Below, piece after piece: positions 17,234 through 26,729 of a stretch of 64,000 nt of DNA (the first letter of the stretch is position 1; every line of letters begins with the position of its first letter). Source of the stretch: an uncultured virus (IMG/VR IMGVR_UViG_3300042391_000450). Taxonomy: Duplodnaviria; Heunggongvirae; Uroviricota; Caudoviricetes. The stretch lies in the IMG/VR virus record IMGVR_UViG_3300042391_000450; one strand, 5' to 3'. The notes under the pieces are model-generated. The model had not been told where the DNA came from and made no database searches. It worked only from the letters and a program-made list of their open reading frames with translations. A program made the position numbers and the translations under genes.

Positions 17234-17464
17234 ATGAACGATAAAACACGAGATATTTTTAGACAAGCGATTACTGAAGTATTTGATCTGTTTCCTGAAG
17301 ACAACGAAGAAATAAACAAGATGTATATACCTGATCCTTTTGTTGAAGTGTTAACCAAACAGCTAATCAACAGAACCTTATTGGTAACAAGAAATGCAAT
17401 TGATAACGGTGTTACTGATTTTGTAGAGATAAAAAATCTTGTCAAAAAATATTTTGATATTTAA
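17234..17464 (+). CDS. Hypothetical protein
   Basis: GGGAG SD. Confidence 0.7.
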   Translation: MNDKTRDIFRQAITEVFDLFPEDNEEINKMYIPDPFVEVLTKQLINRTLLVTRNAIDNGVTDFVEIKNLVKKYFDI

Positions 17465-17495
17465 GTTTTCCGACACCATGATGGTGTTTTGTTTT

Positions 17496-17519
17496 AGGGA
17501 CATTGATGTCCCTTTTTTT
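17496..17519 (+). terminator. Rho-independent terminator closing the early region
   Basis: AGGGACAT-TG-ATGTCCCT plus T-tract; a second hairpin at 17472-17488. Confidence 0.85.
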
Positions 17520-17566
17520 GCCTTTAAGTTTGACTCTATTTTGACTCTATAGTAATATATACTACT

Positions 17567-18586
17567 ATGCAGACAAAAGAACATTTACTTTATTTCTTTC
17601 TATCCAAATCTATTAGACTTCATTATAGTGATAGAAAATTCTTTAATAATCTAACCATAATTATCAAAGATACTAACACGATCACTACGGGTCAGGATAA
17701 GCTATTCTCAAAACTAGTAGAAAAATATCTCCTTCAGTTAAAACAAACTAACCTTACTAAAGATCAGTTACTAGAGTTACCATGGAAAGCGCAGGTAATA
17801 GAAACATCTAAAGAATATACGGCGGCTAGAGTATCATTGCTCAATGACAAACTTGTTATCCGAGTTCCAATGAACAACAAGTTTATTAAAAGGTTTGATG
17901 ATATAAAAGACAATACGTTTAATTGGGATAAGACTAAAAAAGCGTACATATCTTCTATGAGTACCTATGCTTTAAAAATTGCATATACTATTCTTCCCAA
18001 ATACTTTCCAGAAGTTTATTATTGTAATCACATTAAAAGAATATTATCGGAAGTGTCCACTTTAACTGATCCCAATATAATCTGGGAACCAACTTTAGTC
18101 AACATAAATAATAACTACTATATCATTGCTGTAAACGAACCAATAGGCAATCGTATAAGCAACATAGAACTTAACACTGATCCCAAAACTCTTTTTAAAT
18201 TATCTAAGTTGGGTATAAAAACTCACAAAGATTTAATTGATAGCAAGATCAAAAAGTTTGCTAGTGAGTTTGTAACTGAAACAGAAATTGATGAAACTGA
18301 AATAGTAACGTGGTTAACAGAGCTAGATGTTAAACAAGTATTATTAGGTAAAGGTGTTCATACCGCTTTTCTTAAAACTAAACAACTGTTCGTGCCCTTA
18401 ATTAAAAACTTAGAAAAGAACAATATTGAAGTTATACCCGTTAAATCTGATTTTGCAGTAGACAGCACTATCAAAACACCTGTATTATTACAATATCACG
18501 GCGATGAAAGTAGAAAATTCTGCGGAGCTGGTGCTGTTGCTAAATGTGTGTTTATAAAGAATTCAAATCCAATTGAGGTAAAATGA
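17567..18586 (+). CDS. Hypothetical protein (possible HARP-like segment)
   Basis: 339-aa ORF; LVIRVP.N.KFIK...F.WDK.KKAY segment; coupled to the helicase gene. Confidence 0.7.
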   Translation: MQTKEHLLYFFLSKSIRLHYSDRKFFNNLTIIIKDTNTITTGQDKLFSKLVEKYLLQLKQTNLTKDQLLELPWKAQVIETSKEYTAARVSLLNDKLVIRVPMNNKFIKRFDDIKDNTFNWDKTKKAYISSMSTYALKIAYTILPKYFPEVYYCNHIKRILSEVSTLTDPNIIWEPTLVNINNNYYIIAVNEPIGNRISNIELNTDPKTLFKLSKLGIKTHKDLIDSKIKKFASEFVTETEIDETEIVTWLTELDVKQVLLGKGVHTAFLKTKQLFVPLIKNLEKNNIEVIPVKSDFAVDSTIKTPVLLQYHGDESRKFCGAGAVAKCVFIKNSNPIEVK

Positions 18587-20037
18587 AAACAGCTAAAATA
18601 ATTATAACCGATGAAGTAAATGTTAAAATTCAAGGATTAGAACTTGATGCTCGTAAAGCGTTGATGAAAAAATTTGAAGTGGAAAAACCCGGTGCTAGGT
18701 ACTTGCCTAGTGTTCGTCTGGGTAGATGGAATGGTAAGATCAGCTACTTTTCATTAGGTGGCGCCACTCATATTAATTTACTAGATCAAATTATCCCTAT
18801 CATTGATAACTTTAATTACGATATTGAACTAGAAGACTTACGCACTTACAAAACTACATTTCAATTTGAACAAATAAAAGAAGATACCTTTGCTAATAAA
18901 ACTTGGCCTAAAGGTCATGTTAAAGAAGGTGAGTCTATTATGTTTAGAGATTATCAAGTAGAGATTGTAAATACCTTTTTAGCTAATCCGCAATCATTGC
19001 AAGAAGCAGCAACAGGCGCAGGTAAAACTTTAGTAACGGCTGCACTATCTTTGTCAGTAGAACAATATGGTAGATCAATCGTTATCGTTCCAAACAAATC
19101 ATTAGTAGTACAAACAGAAGAAGACTATGTTAACTTAGGTCTTGATGTTGGTGTTTATTTTGGAGATAGAAAAGAACTAAACAAAACTCATACTATTTGT
19201 ACTTGGCAATCATTGAACAATCTGTTAAAAGCAACACAATCAGGTGACGCTGATTTTACTATCAACGATTTTATTGAAGGCGTAGTATGCGTGATCGTTG
19301 ACGAAGTGCACCAAGCAAAAGCAGAAGTTTTAAAAGACTTACTTACTGGTGTGCTATCACGAGTGCCAATTCGTTGGGGCTTAACTGGTACTATTCCAAA
19401 AGCTGACTTTGACAAACTATCATTGTTAGTGTCACTAGGTCCGGTTGTTGGTAAGCTTTCAGCCAGTGAATTACAAGAACAAGGCGTTCTTGCACAGTGT
19501 CATGTAAACATTGTTCAGCTAAAAGACGGCAAAGAATACAAAGACTATCAAAGTGAATTGAAATTTTTAACCACCGATCAACTTAGACTAGATACTATTG
19601 CTAAACTGATTGATAAAATCAAAGATACCGGCAATACATTAGTGCTAGTTGACAGAATCAGTGCAGGTAAAGAGTTAGTAGAAAGGTTACCTAACTCAGT
19701 ATTTGTATCTGGAGAAATGAAATTAACAGAGAGGAAAGAAGAGTATGATGAAATTAGAACGAGTGAGGGCCGAATATTGGTTTGCACATACGGTGTTGCA
19801 GCCGTGGGTATTAATGTACCTAGACTGTTTAACATTGTTATGCTTGAACCTGGTAAGTCGTTTGTAAGAGTAATACAAAGCATAGGCAGGGGTCTGCGCA
19901 TGGCAGAGGATAAAGATCATGTTGCCGTCTGGGATATAACTAGCGATTGTAAGTTTTCTAAAAGGCACCTTACCCAAAGAAAAGCTTTTTACAAAGAAGC
20001 TTCTTATCCGTTTAGTATTGAAAAATTAGACTATTAG
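18583..20037 (+). CDS. uvsW: SF2 DNA helicase, UvsW-like
   Basis: WNGKI, RDYQ, ATGAGKT, DEVH, GLTGT, GINVP, QSIGRGLR. Confidence 0.92.
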   Translation: MKTAKIIITDEVNVKIQGLELDARKALMKKFEVEKPGARYLPSVRLGRWNGKISYFSLGGATHINLLDQIIPIIDNFNYDIELEDLRTYKTTFQFEQIKEDTFANKTWPKGHVKEGESIMFRDYQVEIVNTFLANPQSLQEAATGAGKTLVTAALSLSVEQYGRSIVIVPNKSLVVQTEEDYVNLGLDVGVYFGDRKELNKTHTICTWQSLNNLLKATQSGDADFTINDFIEGVVCVIVDEVHQAKAEVLKDLLTGVLSRVPIRWGLTGTIPKADFDKLSLLVSLGPVVGKLSASELQEQGVLAQCHVNIVQLKDGKEYKDYQSELKFLTTDQLRLDTIAKLIDKIKDTGNTLVLVDRISAGKELVERLPNSVFVSGEMKLTERKEEYDEIRTSEGRILVCTYGVAAVGINVPRLFNIVMLEPGKSFVRVIQSIGRGLRMAEDKDHVAVWDITSDCKFSKRHLTQRKAFYKEASYPFSIEKLDY

Positions 20038-20052
20038 AGATATAATATCAAT

Positions 20053-20556
20053 ATGAGAATATTAAACTTAGATGTAAACAGTTGTTACAATTTAGAATCA
20101 TTACCTGAAGAAATAGACGATCTTCAGTTTGCAATATTAGATAACTCTAATCCAAATAATCCAGACTTTTATTTTATACCTCTGATATTTTTAGAGTCTT
20201 TTAACTCGCCTGCTGTAGTTTTACAAGTGGGTAATAGAAAAATTAAAATGCCAGTAGATTGGCAAATCTTAATTGGAGAATCTGAACACGGTGATTTAGA
20301 AACTCTTCCCTTGTCTAGTGTAAACGACAGAGGATTTAATGCGTTTCAATTTAATCCTCTTACTTCTTATGCGCCCGATTTTCTTCCTATAGAGATTGTA
20401 GACATTTATCAAGATGTAACTTGGTTTTCGCCTAGACTTAGAAATGGTCAGTTTTTATGTGTACCCATTGATGATAGCGAAAAGCCCCGATGCTTATATT
20501 TTGTTAAAGAGATTAGCAGAAACTGTGAAGTAGTTGATTACGGGAAAGTCTTTTAA
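20053..20556 (+). CDS. Hypothetical all-beta protein (possible degenerate Hint fold)
   Basis: 167-aa ORF; TTGAAA-N17-TATAAT ends 6 nt before the ATG. Confidence 0.75.
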   Translation: MRILNLDVNSCYNLESLPEEIDDLQFAILDNSNPNNPDFYFIPLIFLESFNSPAVVLQVGNRKIKMPVDWQILIGESEHGDLETLPLSSVNDRGFNAFQFNPLTSYAPDFLPIEIVDIYQDVTWFSPRLRNGQFLCVPIDDSEKPRCLYFVKEISRNCEVVDYGKVF

Positions 20557-21155
20557 TGGCTAAAAAATCTGTACCAAAAGACGAAACTTTTGAAAATCAA
20601 GATTTGGATCTGTTCAAAACTTTAGAAGCGTTGGACAAAAAAGACTATGACTTTTTTGACAGGTTAACTCCCGAACAGCAGAAAAAGTTTGTACCATTTT
20701 TGTTAGTACAATGGATGAGTGCTATTAAAGGCAATAAAGATTTACAACGATATTATTTGCAAAGCACAGAATATTATGCTAACAAATATTTGCTAGATCA
20801 TATGATTGCTAGTAAAGAACATTCTCATCCAAAACTACAATGGTTAATGTTGTGTGCTGCTAGCCCAGGCAAGGGGAAACAGTTTCATCAATGGATACCC
20901 AAGATAGGTGAAAAAGTAAGCTTACTTAAAGAAGCAGCTAAAACTAAAGAGATTCAAGACTACTATAAAAAGATATACCCAACAGCCAGTGAACGAGACA
21001 TAGCAGAAGTAGCAGAAGTATTTGTTACTGAACACAAAAAGAAAGTAGTACTAGCTAAAAAATTCCCAACACTAAAATTAGACGAAATAGAATTGTTGAG
21101 CACTATTGTAACCGATGATGAACTTAATCAGTATGAAAGAGACTCAGGTAACTGA
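20556..21155 (+). CDS. Hypothetical protein, possibly clamp-loader small subunit (gp62-like)
   Basis: FVPFLLVQWMS...AN..L...Q...L....K.F..W.K pattern; replication cluster. Confidence 0.5.
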   Translation: MAKKSVPKDETFENQDLDLFKTLEALDKKDYDFFDRLTPEQQKKFVPFLLVQWMSAIKGNKDLQRYYLQSTEYYANKYLLDHMIASKEHSHPKLQWLMLCAASPGKGKQFHQWIPKIGEKVSLLKEAAKTKEIQDYYKKIYPTASERDIAEVAEVFVTEHKKKVVLAKKFPTLKLDEIELLSTIVTDDELNQYERDSGN

Positions 21156-21825
21156 ATTTGTTTGCGACTTTTGTAATAAGCAATTCCAACGCGAACAGTC
21201 AATGTTTAAACACATGTGCGAAACTAAGCGTAGAGTGCATGAAAAAGATAACGCTGGAAACAGAATAGCGTTTCAGTGCTGGCTTGCTTTTTACAAAAAG
21301 AATACAAACTCAAGAAAACCAAAAACTTATTTGGACTTTGTAAAAAGCGCATATTACATAGCCTTTGTTAAATTTGGTAACTATTGTGTTGATATTAATG
21401 CTATCAATATTACTAGATACTTAGATTGGTTGCTAGACAATAAAATTTCTATTGATAGTTGGACTAGTGATCAAGTATACAATCGTTACTTGATTTATTA
21501 CTTGCGCGAAGAAGATCCACTTGATGCTATTGCTAGAAGCATTGAAACTACTATTAAATTAGCAGAACCAGATAATATTAAAGCTGGTGACTATTTACGA
21601 TATGGTAGTAAGAATAAAATTTGTTATAAGATTACTAACGGCAAGATCAGTGCATGGATGTTATATCAAAGTCAATCGGGTATTGAATTTATTGAAAGTT
21701 TAGATGAAGGTTTACAACGATTGATCTTTGATTATATCAATCCTGAACAATGGGCATTAAAGTTTTTGCGAAACAAAGAACAAGTAAAGCAAGTTAAAGA
21801 ACTATTGAAAGAAGCTGGGTATTAA
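21133..21825 (+). CDS. C2H2-type Zn-finger protein
   Basis: FVCDFCNKQF......KHMC at N-terminus. Confidence 0.7.
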   Translation: MKETQVTEFVCDFCNKQFQREQSMFKHMCETKRRVHEKDNAGNRIAFQCWLAFYKKNTNSRKPKTYLDFVKSAYYIAFVKFGNYCVDINAINITRYLDWLLDNKISIDSWTSDQVYNRYLIYYLREEDPLDAIARSIETTIKLAEPDNIKAGDYLRYGSKNKICYKITNGKISAWMLYQSQSGIEFIESLDEGLQRLIFDYINPEQWALKFLRNKEQVKQVKELLKEAGY

Positions 21826-21827
21826 AG

Positions 21828-22052
21828 TTGAGCGAACAGATATATTCATTAGATGATGTATCAAAGCAACTAAACATACCCAAAAGTTGTTTAGTATGTT
21901 CACATTGGACCATGCGAAAACAAGTTTGGAAGTGGGCTGAAGATTGTGATATAAAGATAGAATACCAAGGTTCCGAATTGTTTAGTATATCTGATATTTG
22001 GTATGTACCAATAGAAGAACATAGAATTTGGTTTAAACTGAGGTGGGAATGA
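21828..22052 (+). CDS. Small LRWE-family paralog 1
   Basis: Ends IWFKLRWE; TTG start. Confidence 0.7.
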   Translation: MSEQIYSLDDVSKQLNIPKSCLVCSHWTMRKQVWKWAEDCDIKIEYQGSELFSISDIWYVPIEEHRIWFKLRWE

Positions 22053-22306
22053 GCTTGTCACAAAACGAGCATGATGAGATTCTAACTGAGATGGCGAATA
22101 ATATTCGTAATCGTTTAGATCAAGAGTTATTATACAATTTGTGTATCACAAGTGGGTGGCATGGTGCAATAATTTCTTATCAGCAACTTGATGAAGTGAT
22201 AGAATGGGTAAAACAAAACACTATAGGTGAACATCGTTGGTTTGATAATCGTATAGCGTTTGAACAGTCTAAAGATTATGAATGGTTTTTATTGAGGTGG
22301 GAATAA
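22049..22306 (+). CDS. Small LRWE-family paralog 2
   Basis: Ends EWFLLRWE; ATGA coupling. Confidence 0.75.
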   Translation: MSLSQNEHDEILTEMANNIRNRLDQELLYNLCITSGWHGAIISYQQLDEVIEWVKQNTIGEHRWFDNRIAFEQSKDYEWFLLRWE

Positions 22307-22558
22307 ATGGGTTTCAATTATTACGATCATGTAGACATAATTGATTATGTTCCTACCAACCGAAAAATCAGGAAAAAGATTTTCATTAATAATGAATGGC
22401 AAGAACAAATCTTTATTCAGTGTGACTGGACTAGAGCTTTAGAAGATTGGTTATGGGAAAAATATCCTAACAAAGGTTACCTAAAAGATTGGTGGTTGAC
22501 TAGTAAACGTGTTACAATAAACGATAAAATATATGTCCATTGGAAACTATGCGAATAA
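22307..22558 (+). CDS. Small LRWE-family paralog 3
   Basis: Ends VHWKLCE; Trp-rich. Confidence 0.7.
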   Translation: MGFNYYDHVDIIDYVPTNRKIRKKIFINNEWQEQIFIQCDWTRALEDWLWEKYPNKGYLKDWWLTSKRVTINDKIYVHWKLCE

Positions 22559-22839
22559 TAACATTTAAAAAGATAGACAGAAGATACAACGGCGGTAATA
22601 TTTATCAATATATGATAGAGACTCATGGTATGAATTCTCGGGACCAAATCAAGACGTTTAATGAAATTAGACAATGGTGTGAAGTAATTTGGGGACGTAG
22701 TTATGAGTTACACGATGCTTGGGCACATGACGAAGACTGGCCAATATGGGCTTGGGCTAACGATAGCAAGGACAGCAAACGCGCTATTTACTTAAAGACC
22801 GATAAAGAATATATGTTAGCTAAACTAAGATGGGAATGA
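22549..22839 (+). CDS. Small LRWE-family paralog 4
   Basis: Ends MLAKLRWE; IRQWCE..WG. Confidence 0.72.
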   Translation: MRIITFKKIDRRYNGGNIYQYMIETHGMNSRDQIKTFNEIRQWCEVIWGRSYELHDAWAHDEDWPIWAWANDSKDSKRAIYLKTDKEYMLAKLRWE

Positions 22840-22840
22840 T

Positions 22841-23407
22841 ATGCCCTCTCATTTGATGATAGATATAGAATCTTTAGACACATCACCCAATTGTGTTATT
22901 CTTACTATTGGTGTAGTAAAGTTTAACCCAAAAGGAACTGGTGTGCTTGATAGATTAGAACTAAAACCTACTATTGAAGATCAAACTGAAGTATATAACA
23001 GAATCATTAATGAAGATACTCTCAGATGGTGGTCGCAACAATCTCCTGAAGCACTAAACGCAGCGTTTAATGAACAGGGTAGAATGTCATTAAAAGAATG
23101 CATGGAAGTGTTATATCATTATTGTTGGAATCAAGATGCTGTGTGGTCAAACGGTGCCCCTTTTGACGTAGTAGTTATGGAAACAGCGTTTAGACAAACT
23201 TTAACTGATAAACCAAATCCAATACCATGGCCTTTCTATACAGTAAGAGACACTAGAACACTATTTGAAATAGCCGGTGTGAAACTAAAAGATAAAAAGT
23301 ATGGTACTAAAACTACGCACAATGCAGTAGAAGACGCCGAACATCAAGCGATTGTAGTACAAGATGCTTATCAAAAGTTAATAGCCGCTGGATTAATGAA
23401 ACCGTGA
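22841..23407 (+). CDS. DEDDh 3'-5' exonuclease
   Basis: MIDIESL, WSNGAPFD, RDTRT, HNAVEDA. Confidence 0.9.
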   Translation: MPSHLMIDIESLDTSPNCVILTIGVVKFNPKGTGVLDRLELKPTIEDQTEVYNRIINEDTLRWWSQQSPEALNAAFNEQGRMSLKECMEVLYHYCWNQDAVWSNGAPFDVVVMETAFRQTLTDKPNPIPWPFYTVRDTRTLFEIAGVKLKDKKYGTKTTHNAVEDAEHQAIVVQDAYQKLIAAGLMKP

Positions 23408-23985
23408 AATTAAACTTTGACGTAGACATTGACGTAGGTAATAGAGATTTGATCTTGGAAAAGATCAAACATATACCTGCTTCTATGCGTAATATTACAC
23501 CTATTAGAAAACACGCTTCTGGTATATATCCATGCAACATACCATATGATCCTATAAATGAAATTGCAGCTATTTCTTATGAAGAGGCAGAAGAAAGGGG
23601 ATACTTTAAGTTAGATATCTTAAATGTTCACGTTTACGAAAAAGTAAAAAGTGAAGAACACTTGATTAGTTTGATGCGTGAACCTGATTGGACTATGCTA
23701 ACTAAGCGAGATATAGTAGAACAACTTATACACTTGAATGGTCAGTATGATACGATTAGAAAGATGCCTGAACCAATAGATAGTATACCACGGTTAGCTA
23801 TGTTCTTAGCAGTAATAAGACCAGCGAAACGTCATTTGATAGGAAAAACTTGGCAAGAAGTAAACAAAACAGTGTGGGACAAAGGCAGTGATGGCTATAG
23901 CTTTAAAAAGTCACATAGTTTGGGTTATGCATGGTTGGTTGCCGTACATATGAATTTAATAAAAGAGGAACAACATGGATCTTAA
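23404..23985 (+). CDS. dnaE: Miniature DNA polymerase III alpha, C-terminal (catalytic Asp) half
   Basis: FDVDIDV, KHASG, FKLDILN, LAVIRP, GYSFKKSHSLGYA are DnaE palm/finger motifs, in 193 aa. Confidence 0.85.
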   Translation: MKLNFDVDIDVGNRDLILEKIKHIPASMRNITPIRKHASGIYPCNIPYDPINEIAAISYEEAEERGYFKLDILNVHVYEKVKSEEHLISLMREPDWTMLTKRDIVEQLIHLNGQYDTIRKMPEPIDSIPRLAMFLAVIRPAKRHLIGKTWQEVNKTVWDKGSDGYSFKKSHSLGYAWLVAVHMNLIKEEQHGS

Positions 23986-24466
23986 ACTTATACCTGAAGA
24001 TAGCGAAGTACTAAGAGAAGTAGCTGAATCGTGGGACTGGGAAAAAGACGGTGATCCCAGTGAATTAGTTAAGGCTATGTCCAAGCTAATGGTTTTACAT
24101 AACGGCATAGGTTTAGCTGCGCCTCAGTGCGGTATTGCTAAACGCATATTTGTTATGGGTAATTCTGATCATTTAGTAGCATGTATCAATCCAGAAATTA
24201 TCTCAGGTAGCGAAAGAGTGAGAGAGCAAGAAGGATGCTTGAGCTTTCCTGATCTTTGGATGTATGTAGAACGATACAAAGATATCTCAGTAGAGTATTA
24301 CAATGTTGCTGGTGAGAAAGTACAACAAGAATTTAATGGTTTAATGGCTAGGGTCTATCAGCATGAGCTGGATCATTTAAATTCTATATGCTTTGATGAT
24401 AGAGTAGGCAAGCTTGTACTAGAACGAGCAAAAGAAAAGAGAAAAAAGATAAGAGAAAAAAGATAA
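23975..24466 (+). CDS. def: Peptide deformylase
   Basis: GIGLAAPQ, EGCLS, QHELDHL. Confidence 0.95.
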   Translation: MDLKLIPEDSEVLREVAESWDWEKDGDPSELVKAMSKLMVLHNGIGLAAPQCGIAKRIFVMGNSDHLVACINPEIISGSERVREQEGCLSFPDLWMYVERYKDISVEYYNVAGEKVQQEFNGLMARVYQHELDHLNSICFDDRVGKLVLERAKEKRKKIREKR

Positions 24467-24469
24467 GAG

Positions 24470-24850
24470 CTAGAAAAGGCGTTTAACTAAAGTAATTGAT
24501 CTTCTTTTTGATCTACGCTTACCTAAATCAGTCATGCTGACAGTAGGTCCGTGTAATATTGCTAAACTTTTGTTATTAAATGTTCGTAAGTATGGCTTGA
24601 ACACGGCCCAATCTTCTTTCAAAAATATATTGATTGGTATAAGTCTATTTGATTCCCACCACCAAATGTCACCTAGTTCTAAAAACTTTTCTTTTAGTCC
24701 TATCTCTACTATTGATCCATAATCGTAAATAGAGGTAACTATATCGTCCCGATTTTGTACTATACCTACATAATCTTGGCTGGCATAATGACACACAGTT
24801 ATAAACGGGTGATTATCACTTAATTTTTTGAAAAAATCTTCTGCACTCAT
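24470..24850 (-). CDS. Hypothetical protein
   Basis: 126-aa ORF with WWWESNR.IPI motif; AATAAATA upstream on minus strand. Confidence 0.75.
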   Translation of the reverse strand: MSAEDFFKKLSDNHPFITVCHYASQDYVGIVQNRDDIVTSIYDYGSIVEIGLKEKFLELGDIWWWESNRLIPINIFLKEDWAVFKPYLRTFNNKSLAILHGPTVSMTDLGKRRSKRRSITLVKRLF

Positions 24851-24933
24851 ATTGTTAATATTTATTCCCGTTTGAAATCAAATCAAATAATTTATTAAGA
24901 CTAAATATATAAAACAAAGGTATTAATGATAAC

Positions 24934-25701
24934 ATGTCCTATGCAACACAAGTTTTTACATACATACAGTCACAGATTGTTATCATTGATACCGGATACT
25001 CAAGTAGGATATATATGCCACAATATTCAAAGCCATTAAGTTTACACAAAGGGGTTGATAATCAATTACGTTTTCAGTTCTTAAATCAAGAACAAAAACC
25101 TGTTAATATCACGGGCAAGTCTATTACTTGTCGTATTATAAACGGTGACGGTACAAAAGTGCTTGTTAGTAAAGCATTAACACTACAATTACCCGTGACC
25201 GGAATAGCAACATTAGACTTAAATGCGGCAGAAATTGAAAACATTTCAGCACAAAAAGCTTATTATAGCTTAGAAATTCCCACTGGTCAATTTGATTTTC
25301 CTGTTTTTATAGATCAAAATGCAGGAGCAAGGGGTGATCTAAATATTGTAAATTCTATATTACCTTCCTTTGTTCCTTCAGAAATAGTTACTATTCCAAG
25401 TGGTCAAGACTTCCCGAACACATATCCAAATACTACGTCTAACTACACATATTATACTAGTGTAGTTAACACCCAAGATAATCCTATCCTTACTGTTCAA
25501 GCACAATATAATGAATACGAAGGTAATGTAGTCATCCAGGGTTCTACAATACCAGATGGTGAATGGTATACTATCATTGAAAGTGATAATTATTCCAATA
25601 TCACTGATACAAAAGGATATACAATCATTGGATTTCATCCATTTGTAAGATTACAATTTAACAGTGATCAGGGCGAAGTAGACAACATCTTGGCAAGGTA
25701 A
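24934..25701 (+). CDS. Putative virion structural protein (Ig/BppU-like beta domains)
   Basis: ACTAAATA at 24900; KG.DN.L.F.F.NQ.QKP..ITG pattern. Confidence 0.6.
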   Translation: MSYATQVFTYIQSQIVIIDTGYSSRIYMPQYSKPLSLHKGVDNQLRFQFLNQEQKPVNITGKSITCRIINGDGTKVLVSKALTLQLPVTGIATLDLNAAEIENISAQKAYYSLEIPTGQFDFPVFIDQNAGARGDLNIVNSILPSFVPSEIVTIPSGQDFPNTYPNTTSNYTYYTSVVNTQDNPILTVQAQYNEYEGNVVIQGSTIPDGEWYTIIESDNYSNITDTKGYTIIGFHPFVRLQFNSDQGEVDNILAR

Positions 25702-25739
25702 TGTCTTGATTTATTATAGAAATCTGCTATAATCAATGA

Positions 25740-26729
25740 ATGTTTGATATATTAACAATTATTCCCGGCAAAAGAAAAACAACAGCAAAGGGCTGGGTTT
25801 CATTTAATTCACCCTGTTGTCATTATCGTGGACATAAGCCCGATAAAAGAATGCGTGGCGGTTTAATCAAAGACAACTACAACTTTACATACAGTTGCTT
25901 TAACTGCCATTTCAAATGTAGATTTGAGTTGGGTAAACCGTTATCTACAAACACTAAATTATTTCTAAAATGGTGCGGCGCTGATGAAAGCTTGATCACA
26001 AAGATCGGTTTAGAAAGTTTACAAAATAAAGATATATTAGACTATATTACACCCGCAGTAAGAAATGTAGCTATCAACTTTAAAGAAAAAGAACTTCCCG
26101 ATAATAGTGAAGTGTTAGATATTAACAATTCAAAACACACTAGATTTATAGACTACTTAAATAATAGAAAAATAAAACACGATGAATATCCTTTTTTAGT
26201 TACTACGGAAGATATCGGACGAAACTCAAACAGAATCATTGTTCCTTTTACATACAAAGGAACGATTGTTGGTAATACAAGTAGATTTTTAGACGATAGA
26301 AAACCAAAGTATCTTAATGATCAACCAACAGGATATTTGTTTGGTTATGACTTTCAAAAACCTGAATGGTCTATTTGCATCGTTGTTGAAGGTATATTTG
26401 ATGCACTAAGTATAGATGGTTGTGCTTTGGGTACCAGTACAATCAGTTTAGAACAACAAGAATTGTTAAGAAGGTTAAACAGAACTATTATAGTAGTTCC
26501 TGATCAAGACAAAACAGGATTAGAGTTATGTGATCTAGCTATGGAGCTAGGATATCAAATAAGCTTACCTGAATGGGGACTGAACAATGAAGGTAAACCA
26601 ATTAAAGATGTAAACGAAGCTGTAGTAAAATATGGTAAATTACCTGTGTTGCTAAGTATTATACAATCAGCAACTATGAGCAAAATTAAAATAGAAATGA
26701 GGAAACGAAAACTTGTTAAAAGAATTTAA
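25740..26729 (+). CDS. DNA primase (gp61/DnaG-like)
   Basis: Zn finger (PCC...CFNC), PKYLN, VVEGIFDA, PDQD..G, KDVNE TOPRIM motifs. Confidence 0.9.
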   Translation: MFDILTIIPGKRKTTAKGWVSFNSPCCHYRGHKPDKRMRGGLIKDNYNFTYSCFNCHFKCRFELGKPLSTNTKLFLKWCGADESLITKIGLESLQNKDILDYITPAVRNVAINFKEKELPDNSEVLDINNSKHTRFIDYLNNRKIKHDEYPFLVTTEDIGRNSNRIIVPFTYKGTIVGNTSRFLDDRKPKYLNDQPTGYLFGYDFQKPEWSICIVVEGIFDALSIDGCALGTSTISLEQQELLRRLNRTIIVVPDQDKTGLELCDLAMELGYQISLPEWGLNNEGKPIKDVNEAVVKYGKLPVLLSIIQSATMSKIKIEMRKRKLVKRI

